Positions 18,369 to 27,400 of a DNA stretch of 64,000 bases are shown here, one piece after another. Source of the stretch: Pseudomonadota bacterium. GTDB taxonomy: Bacteria > Myxococcota_A > UBA796 > JAFGLY01. Location of the stretch: positions 8,926-72,925 of the forward strand of contig JBDRKM010000443.1 of the NCBI GenBank assembly GCA_043814015.1. The letters run 5' to 3'. The notes under the pieces are model-generated. The model did no database searches and had not been told where the DNA came from. It saw only the letters and a list, made by a program, of their open reading frames with translations. The translations under genes and the position numbers were made by a program. Numbering within the stretch: position 1 is the stretch's first letter; every line of letters starts with the position of its first letter.

Positions 18369-19322
18369 ATGTTCGGACTCAAGACCGACTGGTCCCTGGA
18401 CGTCCCCTCCCGCTACTTCATCCTGGAGGACTACCTCGGCAACGAGGCGCGCTGGTGCCCGGGCTGCGGCGATCACGCCGTGCTCACCGCGGTGCAGCGC
18501 ATCTGCCGCGACGAGCAGCTGCCCCCCGAGCAGACGGTGGTGGTCTCCGGCATCGGCTGCTCCAGCCGCTTCCCCCACTACATGGCCACCTACGGCTTCC
18601 ACGGCCTGCACGGTCGCGCCCTGCCCGTGGCCGGCGGGGTCAAGTCGCGCCGCCCCGACCTCAAGGTCATCGTGGCCACCGGCGATGGCGACTGCTGCTC
18701 CATCGGCGCCGGCCATTGGATCCACGCCATCCGCTACAACCAGGACATGGTCGTCATGATGTTCGACAACAACATCTACGGCCTGACCAAGGCGCAGACC
18801 TCGCCCACCTCCCGTCAGGGCCAGAAGACCAACACCCACCCCCGTGGTTCCTGGTTGCCGCCCCTCAACCCCACCGCGGCCACCCTGGGCATGACGAACG
18901 TGTCCTTCATGGCTCAGACGGTGGACTGGATGCCCGGCCACCTGCACGCGGTGCTTCAGGCTGCCTACCGGCATCGGGGGCTCTCCTTCGTGCGCATCGC
19001 CCAGCGCTGCCCGCAGTACACCGGCAAGGCGTTCGAGGAGTTCGTCAACGACCCCAGCAGGATCCTCGTCCTCGAGCACGAGAAGGGCATCCCGCTGGAT
19101 CCGGACCTCCAGAAGTTCTACAAGAACCGCATGGTCCACGATCCGTCCGACATCGTGGAGGCCACGGCCATCTCGCACCGCGAGGACGTGCTCCCCATCG
19201 GCCTGTTCTTCTGGGATCCGTCCCGCCCCTGCTACGACGACTTCACCCAGCAGGGCATGGACATGTCCCCCGAGGACAAGCTGCGCGCCCTCAACGCGGA
19301 GATGGACCGCTTCGCGGTATAG
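18369..19322 (+). CDS. korB: 2-oxoglutarate/2-oxoacid:ferredoxin oxidoreductase subunit beta (TPP-binding)
   Basis: WCPGCGDH cluster motif and TPP motif GDGDCCSIGAGH...NNIYGLTKAQ. Starts 2 nt after the korA stop. Confidence 0.9.
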   Translation: MFGLKTDWSLDVPSRYFILEDYLGNEARWCPGCGDHAVLTAVQRICRDEQLPPEQTVVVSGIGCSSRFPHYMATYGFHGLHGRALPVAGGVKSRRPDLKVIVATGDGDCCSIGAGHWIHAIRYNQDMVVMMFDNNIYGLTKAQTSPTSRQGQKTNTHPRGSWLPPLNPTAATLGMTNVSFMAQTVDWMPGHLHAVLQAAYRHRGLSFVRIAQRCPQYTGKAFEEFVNDPSRILVLEHEKGIPLDPDLQKFYKNRMVHDPSDIVEATAISHREDVLPIGLFFWDPSRPCYDDFTQQGMDMSPEDKLRALNAEMDRFAV

Positions 19323-19364
19323 CGGTCCCTCCTCGAAAAGCCCCCTGTTTCCGGGGATGATGCC

Positions 19365-21953
19365 ATGAACAAGAGCCAGGACCTCCAGGTGCAGACGCCC
19401 GCGCAACCCGCGGTGGACGACCCCGAGCTGGATCAGGAGCGCGCGCTGCCGGCCGACGAAGCCGGGGCCGCCGGGACCGAGCCGGAGGCCATCCCCACGC
19501 GGCCCGACGTGGCCCTGCCGACCCTCCCCGCGCCCGGCGAGGAGCCCGCCCCCCGAGCACAGGGCGATCTCATGCGGGCGCTCAGGCGCTTCCATGTGGT
19601 CGGGGCCGAGGATGGCCTGGATCTCGCCGAGCACGATTTCCTGCCCGCCCTGATGTTCCTGTTCCGCGATCCGGGGCGGGTGCGCACCAAGTATCCGCTG
19701 TACCTGTTCCCCCCGCACAGCGCGGACCCGGGCAACCTGTTCGAGGGGCTCAAGGTCATCCTCGATCGGCTCCTCGCCGAGGTGGCCCCGGGCGCAGAGC
19801 AGGCGCGGGCCCTCAAGGACAACCTGGCGCGCCTGGAGATCGAGGTGCGCAAGGCCATGGCCGACGAGTCCCGGCCCGTGCCGGCGCGGCCCGTGTTCGA
19901 GGCGGCGGCCAGGGCGCTGTTGGCCGGGCTGCCCATGGAGAAGCCGGGCCTGGCCCAGCTCGAGGCCGAGCTTGGCGCGCTGGTGCAGGCCGTGGACCCG
20001 CAGGCCACCCTGCTCGGCCTGACCGAGGCCGCCCCGGTCTATTTGCTGCTGCAGGCGGCCCGTAGCCGCGTGCCCCGCCGCCACCGCACCTTCCGCGAGC
20101 GCATCGAGGTGTTGTGCCGCAAGCTGCAGGATCTGCTGCGGGTCGAGTACCACAAGAGCGCCGCCGCCCGCAGCGCCGAAGCCCTCGGTGGCGCCCTGGG
20201 CGGCGTGGCCGGCTCCTTCATGGACCCGAGCGTCCTGGGCAAGGTCATGGGCGCCCCGCGCGGCTCCGAAGTCATGCGTCCCCGCCGGCGCGAGCGCATC
20301 GCCGAGGTGCTGGAGGTGCTCTCCGCCTACCTCGCCGGCGATCCCATGCCGGTCCTCACCTTCACCCATCCCCCGGATCAGGATCTCTCCTGGCTGGCCG
20401 GTGCGCCGGGCGTGCGGCTCGTCCCCGCCGAGGATCCCGCCCTGGCGGCCACCGAGGCCTTCGACGAGGCCGCCGCCATGGCCCGGCTGGTCTGGGCCGC
20501 GCGGGTGGCCGAGCTCGAGGTCGAGGACGAGTACGAGCCGGTCTGCCATAGCCCCATCCTCTCCCACCTCACCTGGCAGGACTTCGGCCCCGAGGAGCTG
20601 CGCCTGCTGCCCCCCGTGGTGGCCATGGTCTCGGCCCGCACCCTGCCCGACCGCGGCATGACCTCCCTGTCGAGGCTGCTGCTCTCCGGCCGCCCGGTGC
20701 AGGTCATGGCCAACGTCCAGTCCGCCGGCACCCCCGGCGGCACCCCGGGCCGGGGCGCCTTCTCCGGCTTCCGCCTCGAGCTCGGCTACCTGGGCATCAG
20801 CCATCGCGAGGCGGTGGTGGAGCAGTCCTCCGCGGCCCGCCCCGGGCACCTGATGGAGAGCTTCCGCCGCGGGCTCGACGCCACCCGCCCCTGCCTGCAC
20901 GTCATCGCCTCGGGCCTCGCCTTCCAGGGCAAGCTGCCCCGCCTGGGCACCTGGCTGCACGGCGGCGCCGCCATCGAGAGCCGCGCGCACCCCTTCTTCC
21001 GCTACAATCCGCTCAAGGGCGAGGGCTGGGCCCGGCGCTTCAACTTCGAGGCCAACCCCCAGCCAGGTCGTGACTGGCCCGTCTACGAGCTGCCCTGTCG
21101 CGCCGCCGATGGCTCGAACGATTCCCTCACCCTGGCCTTCACCTTCGCGGACTACGCCCTGCTGGAGCCGGTCTACCACCACCACTTCCACCCCGTCCCC
21201 CAGGGTTGTCCCGAGGAGGATCTCGTGGCGGTGGACGCCTGGGTCCGGCTCAAGGGCGACGAGGTGCTGCGCAAGGTGCCTTTCGTCTGGGCGGTGGATT
21301 CGCGGCAGCGCCTGCAACGGCTGGCCATCACCCGCCGGCTGGCCCTGGCCTGCCGCGACCGCCTGAGCTTCTGGCACACGCTGCAGGAGATGGCGGGTAT
21401 CCACGACGAGTACGCGCAGCGCGCCGCCGCCGCCGCCCGGGCCACGGCCGAGGCCGAGGCCGAGGCGCGCCTGGCCGCCCGCGAGGCCGAGCTCGAGGCC
21501 GAGATCGCGCGCGTACGGGCCGAGGAGGCCGGCGAGGCCCTGAGCCGCCTGGCCGGGGCCCTGCTGAGCACCGACCTGGTGGCATCCCCGAGCAGCATCC
21601 CGGCGCGCGCCCCGCGCGCGGCCGCGCCGGCCGCCGTCGCCACCCCCGCGGCGGACACCGGCGTCTCCGCCGAGGCCGCCGCTCCCGTCGAGGAGGAGGA
21701 GTCCTTCGACGAGCCCTACATCGACACGCCGCTGTGCACCTCCTGCAACGAGTGCGTGGCCGCCAACAACCTGCTGTTCGTCTACAACGCCAACAAGCAG
21801 GCCTACATCGGCGATCCCAGGGCCGGCACCTTCGCCCAGCTGGTGGGCTCGGCCGAGAAGTGCCCCGGGCGCTGCATCCATCCCGGCAAGCCGCTCAACC
21901 CGAACGAGCCCGGCCTCCCGGATCTCATCGCCCGTGCGGCCCCGTTCAACTAG
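19365..21953 (+). CDS. Uncharacterised fusion: unknown N-domain, PFOR domain-VI-like (degenerate) region, coiled coil, C-terminal single-cluster ferredoxin
   Basis: 862 aa. The mid region (VVAMVSARTL..RPVQVMANVQ..HPFFRYNPLKGEGW..FNFEANPQP) parallels the C-terminal half of the PFOR TPP domain and the protein at 26429-27394. Ala/Glu-rich coiled coil. Tail CTSCNEC...CPGRCIHPG. Confidence 0.7.
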   Translation: MNKSQDLQVQTPAQPAVDDPELDQERALPADEAGAAGTEPEAIPTRPDVALPTLPAPGEEPAPRAQGDLMRALRRFHVVGAEDGLDLAEHDFLPALMFLFRDPGRVRTKYPLYLFPPHSADPGNLFEGLKVILDRLLAEVAPGAEQARALKDNLARLEIEVRKAMADESRPVPARPVFEAAARALLAGLPMEKPGLAQLEAELGALVQAVDPQATLLGLTEAAPVYLLLQAARSRVPRRHRTFRERIEVLCRKLQDLLRVEYHKSAAARSAEALGGALGGVAGSFMDPSVLGKVMGAPRGSEVMRPRRRERIAEVLEVLSAYLAGDPMPVLTFTHPPDQDLSWLAGAPGVRLVPAEDPALAATEAFDEAAAMARLVWAARVAELEVEDEYEPVCHSPILSHLTWQDFGPEELRLLPPVVAMVSARTLPDRGMTSLSRLLLSGRPVQVMANVQSAGTPGGTPGRGAFSGFRLELGYLGISHREAVVEQSSAARPGHLMESFRRGLDATRPCLHVIASGLAFQGKLPRLGTWLHGGAAIESRAHPFFRYNPLKGEGWARRFNFEANPQPGRDWPVYELPCRAADGSNDSLTLAFTFADYALLEPVYHHHFHPVPQGCPEEDLVAVDAWVRLKGDEVLRKVPFVWAVDSRQRLQRLAITRRLALACRDRLSFWHTLQEMAGIHDEYAQRAAAAARATAEAEAEARLAAREAELEAEIARVRAEEAGEALSRLAGALLSTDLVASPSSIPARAPRAAAPAAVATPAADTGVSAEAAAPVEEEESFDEPYIDTPLCTSCNECVAANNLLFVYNANKQAYIGDPRAGTFAQLVGSAEKCPGRCIHPGKPLNPNEPGLPDLIARAAPFN

Positions 21954-21971
21954 CCCGCGGAGAGAGTCGTC

Positions 21972-22833
21972 ATGCTGACCCTGCTCACGGCGGCGGCGAT
22001 CATGGCCGGGCTCGGGCTGGCCCTGGCCACCGTGCTGGCCGTGGCCTACCGCTTCCTGCGGGTCCCCGAGGATCCGCGGGTCGAGCAGGTGGAGGGCATG
22101 CTGCCGGGTTCCAACTGCGGCGCCTGCGGCCAGCCCGGCTGTCACGCCTTCGCCGAGGCCGTGGTCAGCGGTCGCGTGGCCCCTTCGGGCTGCTCCGTGT
22201 CCAGCGCCCAGGGCGTGGCCGCCATCGCCGAGTACCTGGGGGTCGATGCTGGCGCCCGAGTCCAGCGCGTGGCCCGGCTGCACTGCGCCGGGGGCGCGGC
22301 CCACGCCGGTCCGGTGGCCACCTACCAGGGCCAGTCCTCCTGCCAGGCCGCGTCCCTCGTAGGCGGGGGGGGCAAGGCCTGCGCATGGGGCTGCCTGAGC
22401 CTGGGCGACTGCGCCCGCGCCTGCACCTTCGACGCGATCCAGATGGGGCCCGACGCCCTGCCCGTGGTGGACCCGGAGCGCTGCACCGCCTGTGGCGCCT
22501 GCGTCGATGCATGCCCGCGGGGCCTGTTCGAGATCATGCCGCTGGATCAGCCCCTCGTGGTCCAGTGCTCCATCCCGCTCTCGGGCGATGCCGCGCGCGC
22601 CCTGTGCCGTGTGGCCTGCGACGCCTGCGGTCGCTGCGCCGCCGACGCCCTGCCCGGGGTCATCACCATGAAGAACAACCTCCCCGTGGTCGCCGCGGAC
22701 AGCGCCGCCGCCGCCACGCTGGAGGCCACGCTCCGTTGCCCCCACCGGCGCCATCCGGTGGGTCGAAGGGGCCCAGTTCGCCCTGGAGGAACCCGGGGCC
22801 GTCTCACGGAGGCCGCATGCCAGGACTGGTTGA
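21972..22833 (+). CDS. rnfB: Rnf electron-transport complex subunit B, interrupted by a +1 frameshift in a C5 run (22739-22743)
   Basis: N-terminal TM helix, CGACGQPGC FeS domain and several CxxCxxCxxxCP motifs. After RC the frame breaks; deleting one C restores CPTGAIRWVEG... ending at TGA 22831-22833. Confidence 0.85.
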
Positions 22834-25800
22834 AACCGGGCTGCGCCTGCTGCGCTCGCTCGTGGGGGATGCCGTCGGCACCCCCGCTCCGCTCCCCGGG
22901 CTCCCGACCGCGCTGCGCGGTTCGGCGGCCGTGGCCATCACCGAGGCCTGCGTGGCCGAAGCCGCCGGCCTGGGCGGGGGCGCACCCGCAGACCTGCTCG
23001 CCAACGCCTGGGAGGCCGAGCGCCGCCGGGAGGGCGTGAACCTCTTCGGGGGTGCGCTCACCGACGTGGTCGCCCCCACCTCGCGGGGCACCCTGGCCAG
23101 CGCCGTGGGCATGGCCCTGGCCGGCTCTCGGGCCACAGCCTTCCTCTCGGGGCCCAACCTGGCCGGCCAGCTCGATCTGCTGGCCGCCGCGGCCGGGCGG
23201 CACCAGCCGCTGGTGATCCACGGCGTGGCCCGCGCGCTCAACGGGCATGCCGGGGCGCGCGGCAGCGGGCACGAGGCCTGGCACGCCATCTCGGACGCGG
23301 GGCTGATCCAGCTGTTCGCGCGCAACGTGCAGGAGGCGGTGGACTTCGCCCTCGTCGGGAGACGTGTCGCCGAGACTTTCCTCCGGCCCGTGCTGGTCTA
23401 CATGGACGACGAGCGCACCGCCGCGGTCACCCAGGACGTCCTCCTCCCGGGGGCCGAGCTGGTGCGGCGCTACCTCGGCGCCCCTGGTGATCGCATCGAC
23501 TGCCCCACCCCGGCTCAGCGCATGCTCTTCGGTGAGCAGCGCCGCCGGGTGCCCCGCTGGCACGATCTGGAGCGCCCCGTGCTGCACGGCGCCATCCAGG
23601 GCCGCGGGGTCTGGAGCCTGGGCGCGGCCGGCTCGCGCCCCTTCACGTCCCAGGCGCGCCTGCCTGTGATCGAGGCCGCCTTCGCCGATTTCGCCGAGCT
23701 GACCGGGCGCCGCTACGGCCTGCTGCGCACCCACCGGGTGGAGGACGCCGAGGTGGTGCTGGTCTGCCAGGGCTCCAGCGGCGAGGCCGCCGAGTGCGTG
23801 GTGGACCACCTGCGCACCCAGAACAAGCAGAAGGTCGGCTGCATCTCTCTGCTCGGGCTGCGCCCCTTCCCCGGTGCGGCCCTGGTGAGCGCCCTGCAGG
23901 GCCGGCCCAGGGTGGCCGTGCTGGAGCGCGCCGACACCCTGCTGGCCGAGGATCCGCCCCTGCTGCGCGAGCTGCGCGCGGCCTTCGCCCGCGCCGTGGA
24001 GAACCACGGCGGCGCGGTGCACGCGGGCTACCCGGCGCTGGCCGCCGAGCGCGTGCCGCGGCTCCACGCCGCGATCTACGGCCTGGGTGGCTTCCCGCTC
24101 AGGGCCGGCGACCTGGTGGCCCTGGTGGAAGAGGTGCGCCGCGGGGGCCGGTCGTTGGTCTACCTCGGCATCGACTTTCACCGCAAGGACACCCGCTACC
24201 CCAAGCGCAAGGTGCTGCTGGACGCCCTCGCCCGCGAGTGGCCGGCGGAGCTGGCCCCCGGCCTCACCGGGTACCGCGCCCAGGACGTGCGCCCCGCGGG
24301 CGCCGTCACCCTGACCGTGCACCGCGTCGGTGGGGTCCCCGGCGGGGCCCTGGCGGCCGACATGGGCCGCATGCTGCACGTGGCCCTGGGCGGCTTCGTG
24401 CGCGGCCGGGCCGGCGAGAACTGGGAGCGCTGGCAGGCGCCCTGCATCGATCGGGTGGTCCACGCCCCCGTCCCGGTGGATCCTGGCGCGTCGGGTCCCG
24501 TGGACGTGGCGCTGGTCCTGGCGCTGTCCCCCCGTTCGGCGCGGGATCCCCTGGCGGAGCTGCGCAGCGGCGGCATCGCGCTGGTGGCCGACGCAGGCAA
24601 GGAGGGAGTGCCCCTGCTGCCCCAGGACACCTGGCTGCAGCTCGAGGCCCGCCATGTCCGCGTGCTGCCCGTCCCCTGCCCGGAGGGGGCCAACCACCCC
24701 GACTTCCGCGAGCGCGTGCTGGGCCTGGTCCTGCGCGCGCTGGGTGAGCTGGGGCGGAAGCTGCCCAGCCCCAAGAAGCTGGTGGCGGCTCGCGGCGCCC
24801 TGCTGGACGGCCTCGACCCACAGGAGATCACCCGGCGCCTGGCCATCTTCTCCGCCGCGTTGGAGCAGGGGGGCGCGCCGCGATCGGCACCAGATGCCCT
24901 GCCCATCCCCGCCATGCCGCCCAGCGTGCCCATGGCGGTGCGCCACTTCCACCGCGCCGACGGTACCTACGACAGCCTGCCGCGTTTCTGGGACCAGGTG
25001 GGCATCCTGTTCCGGGACGGCCACGTGGAGGAGCTCGTCCCCGATCCCTACCTCGCCACCAGCGTGGTCCCGCCGCTCACCGCCACCTTCAACGATTTTA
25101 CGCCGCTTCGGCGCTTCTTTCCCGCCTGGGAGCCCGCCCTCTGTACGGGCTGCGGCCGCTGCTGGACCGGCTGCCCGGACTCCGCCATCGGGCCCCTGGC
25201 CCTGCCCATCCCCACCCTGGTGGAGGGCGCCATGGCCCAGGCCGCCGCGCGGGGTGGCGCCATGGATCCGCTGCGCCCGCTGCTGTCCAAGGTCACCCAC
25301 CGCCTCGGCAAGCTGCTGCGCGAGAGCAAGGAGCAGCCCGCGGCCTTCGGGATCGTGCTGCGGGAGGCCGGTGCCCGCGTGCTGGAGAAGGCGAGCTTGC
25401 CAGCCGATCGCGCTCAGCCCGTCGCGGCCGCCCTGGAGGCCGCCGCCGCCGTGGTGGACGACCTCCCCATCGCCGGCACCCTGCCGTTCTTCGTCGACCC
25501 GGAGCAGCGCCAGGCCGGCACCGGCGAGATCCTGAGCCTCTCCGTGAACCCGGACGCCTGCAAGGGCTGCGGCATCTGCGCGCTCGCCTGTCCCGAGGGC
25601 GCCATGGGGATGGAGCCCCAGAGTACCGAGCGCGTGGCCTGGGCGCGCCGCGACTGGCAGCGCTGGGAGCAGCTCCCCGACAGCCCCGGCGAGACCATCG
25701 CCCGGGTGAGTGCGCACCCTGGGGTCGGCCCACTGGCGGCCATGCTCTTGTCTCGCACCTGTCTGCTGGGCCTCTCGGGCGGGGACTCCGCCGAGGCTGG

Positions 25801-26419
25801 CTCCGGCGAGAAGGTGGCAGTACGCCTGCTGCTGGCCGCCGCCGAGTGCCAGCTCCAGCCCGAGCTGCAGCGCCACATCGATCAGGTGGAGGGCTTGAGG
25901 ATCCGGCTGACGGAAGCCATCGGCGAGCGCCTGGCCAAGGCCCTGCCCACCGGCGATCCCGCGGGCATCGCGCTGGGGCTCAAGGGGCTGCGCCAGCCCG
26001 AGATCGACCTCTCCGCCCTGCTGGCCCGGGTCGAGGGCCAGGGCGAGCACGGGCGGGTCGATGTCGCCCAGCTCCGGCGCCTGTCGGACCTCGCCGGGCG
26101 CCTGCAGGAGCTGCGTTGGCGCCTGGCCGAGGGTCCCGACGGCCTGGGCCGGGCCCGCTTCTCCGTGACCATCGAGCCCGGGCACATCGCGTCCTGGGCC
26201 GGGGCCTTCCCCGACAACCCCTTCCACGTCCCCGTGGTCGTGGCCAGCGCCGGCGAGGGTCTGCACCTGGGCCGCGGCCTGCTGGAGGGCCAGCTCCGCG
26301 CCGTGCTGGAGGATCTACGCCTGGTGCGCGAGGCGCGCGTCGCCCTGGAGCACCCCGGCGAGTACGCCCGCGAGCTGCAGTCCCTGGCCCGCCTGGGGTG
26401 GCACGGCCTGACCCGCTAG
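22817..26419 (+). CDS. Pyruvate:ferredoxin oxidoreductase (PFOR/NifJ) homologue, domains I-V plus start of VI, catalytic motifs apparently lost
   Basis: In-frame ATG 22817 (MPGLVETG) inside the long ORF 21206..26419. Domain I/II/III-like blocks. Intact ferredoxin motifs CTGCGRCWTGCP and CKGCGICALACP (~25140-25600). Ends at TAG 26417-26419. Confidence 0.8.
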   Translation: MPGLVETGLRLLRSLVGDAVGTPAPLPGLPTALRGSAAVAITEACVAEAAGLGGGAPADLLANAWEAERRREGVNLFGGALTDVVAPTSRGTLASAVGMALAGSRATAFLSGPNLAGQLDLLAAAAGRHQPLVIHGVARALNGHAGARGSGHEAWHAISDAGLIQLFARNVQEAVDFALVGRRVAETFLRPVLVYMDDERTAAVTQDVLLPGAELVRRYLGAPGDRIDCPTPAQRMLFGEQRRRVPRWHDLERPVLHGAIQGRGVWSLGAAGSRPFTSQARLPVIEAAFADFAELTGRRYGLLRTHRVEDAEVVLVCQGSSGEAAECVVDHLRTQNKQKVGCISLLGLRPFPGAALVSALQGRPRVAVLERADTLLAEDPPLLRELRAAFARAVENHGGAVHAGYPALAAERVPRLHAAIYGLGGFPLRAGDLVALVEEVRRGGRSLVYLGIDFHRKDTRYPKRKVLLDALAREWPAELAPGLTGYRAQDVRPAGAVTLTVHRVGGVPGGALAADMGRMLHVALGGFVRGRAGENWERWQAPCIDRVVHAPVPVDPGASGPVDVALVLALSPRSARDPLAELRSGGIALVADAGKEGVPLLPQDTWLQLEARHVRVLPVPCPEGANHPDFRERVLGLVLRALGELGRKLPSPKKLVAARGALLDGLDPQEITRRLAIFSAALEQGGAPRSAPDALPIPAMPPSVPMAVRHFHRADGTYDSLPRFWDQVGILFRDGHVEELVPDPYLATSVVPPLTATFNDFTPLRRFFPAWEPALCTGCGRCWTGCPDSAIGPLALPIPTLVEGAMAQAAARGGAMDPLRPLLSKVTHRLGKLLRESKEQPAAFGIVLREAGARVLEKASLPADRAQPVAAALEAAAAVVDDLPIAGTLPFFVDPEQRQAGTGEILSLSVNPDACKGCGICALACPEGAMGMEPQSTERVAWARRDWQRWEQLPDSPGETIARVSAHPGVGPLAAMLLSRTCLLGLSGGDSAEAGSGEKVAVRLLLAAAECQLQPELQRHIDQVEGLRIRLTEAIGERLAKALPTGDPAGIALGLKGLRQPEIDLSALLARVEGQGEHGRVDVAQLRRLSDLAGRLQELRWRLAEGPDGLGRARFSVTIEPGHIASWAGAFPDNPFHVPVVVASAGEGLHLGRGLLEGQLRAVLEDLRLVREARVALEHPGEYARELQSLARLGWHGLTR

Positions 26420-26428
26420 GAGCAGCGC

Positions 26429-27394
26429 GTGGTGCCGCCGGTCCTCGTCCTGGGGAACGAGGCGGCCCTCACCGGCCGCAACCTCTCCACGCTGGCCACC
26501 GTGCTCGACCTCGACATGCCCGTGAAGATCGTGGTCCTGGCGGACTGCGACCTCGGGCTGACCGCCGGGAGCGGCCCGGCCGAGCCCGACGAGCTGGGCA
26601 GCGGCTGGACCGGCAGCCTGGGCGAGGTAGGCCTCTTGGCCCTGGGTCAGCGCCGCGCCTACGTCACCCAGTGCTCCCTCTCCGAGCCCGCCCAGCTCTT
26701 CCAGGGGCTCACCGAGGCCTTCGCCCACCCGGGTCCGGCCCTGATCCGCGTCCACGCGCCCAGCCCGAGCCGCCACGGCTTCCCGGTGCGTGAGGGCCTG
26801 GAGCAGACCCGGCGGGCCGTCCTGTCGCGCACCTTCCCCCTGTTCCGCTACGACCCCACCCGCGAGGGCATCTTCGGCGCCTGCCTCTTCCTCGACGGCA
26901 ACCCCGAGCCCACGGGCGACTGGGCGCGCGACGCCGAGGGCGTGGTGCGCACCGCGGGCGACTGGGCCGCCACCGAAGGCCGCTTCGCCTCCGAGCTGAG
27001 CCCCGTGGGTCCTGGCACCCCCGAGCCCACCCCGCTGCCCGAGTGGATCGCGCTGCCCCTGCACACCCGCCACGGGCGCACGCCCTTCGTCCCGGATCCG
27101 GTGGTGGTGGGGCGGCGGTTGGCCGTCTCCCCGCGCCTGGCCGCGGTGGCCGAGGAGCGCCTGCGCACCTGGCGCACCCTGCAGGAGCTGGCCGGCGTGG
27201 TCACCCCCTTCACCGCCCGGGTGAAGGAACTGGCAGAGCGCGAGCTGGCCGGTCGGCATGCCGCCGAGCTGGCCGCCCTGGAGGCGCGTCACGCCGCGGC
27301 GCTGGCCGCGCTGCGCGGCGAGGTCGAGCAGGACATGGCCCAGCGCGTGCGGGAGAACCTCCTCGAGCTGGCCGGGTACGGGCGGGGGGAGTAG
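26429..27394 (+). CDS. PFOR domain-VI (TPP-binding) C-terminal homologue with degenerate GDG motif and coiled-coil tail
   Basis: Same frame as the preceding gene, 9 nt after its TAG. AGGAG lies 6 nt before GTG 26429. VLVLGNEAAL..VKIVVLADCD takes the place of GGDGWAYDIG..VLVLDTE. FPLFRYDPTREG block. Confidence 0.7.
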   Translation: MVPPVLVLGNEAALTGRNLSTLATVLDLDMPVKIVVLADCDLGLTAGSGPAEPDELGSGWTGSLGEVGLLALGQRRAYVTQCSLSEPAQLFQGLTEAFAHPGPALIRVHAPSPSRHGFPVREGLEQTRRAVLSRTFPLFRYDPTREGIFGACLFLDGNPEPTGDWARDAEGVVRTAGDWAATEGRFASELSPVGPGTPEPTPLPEWIALPLHTRHGRTPFVPDPVVVGRRLAVSPRLAAVAEERLRTWRTLQELAGVVTPFTARVKELAERELAGRHAAELAALEARHAAALAALRGEVEQDMAQRVRENLLELAGYGRGE

Positions 27395-27400
27395 GGCGTC

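Noticed and set aside
21206-22816. N-terminal 537 aa of the 1737-aa ORF 21206..26419
   Set aside because: It is Arg/Gly/Pro-rich junk read out of frame over the real 862-aa gene and rnfB. PFOR homology starts only at ATG 22817.
26417-26419. TAG as pyrrolysine or programmed read-through codon
   Set aside because: No pyl genes or a recognisable recoding signal are visible. An AGGAG-N6-GTG restart immediately follows, so a two-gene split (or a plain nonsense mutation) is the simpler reading.
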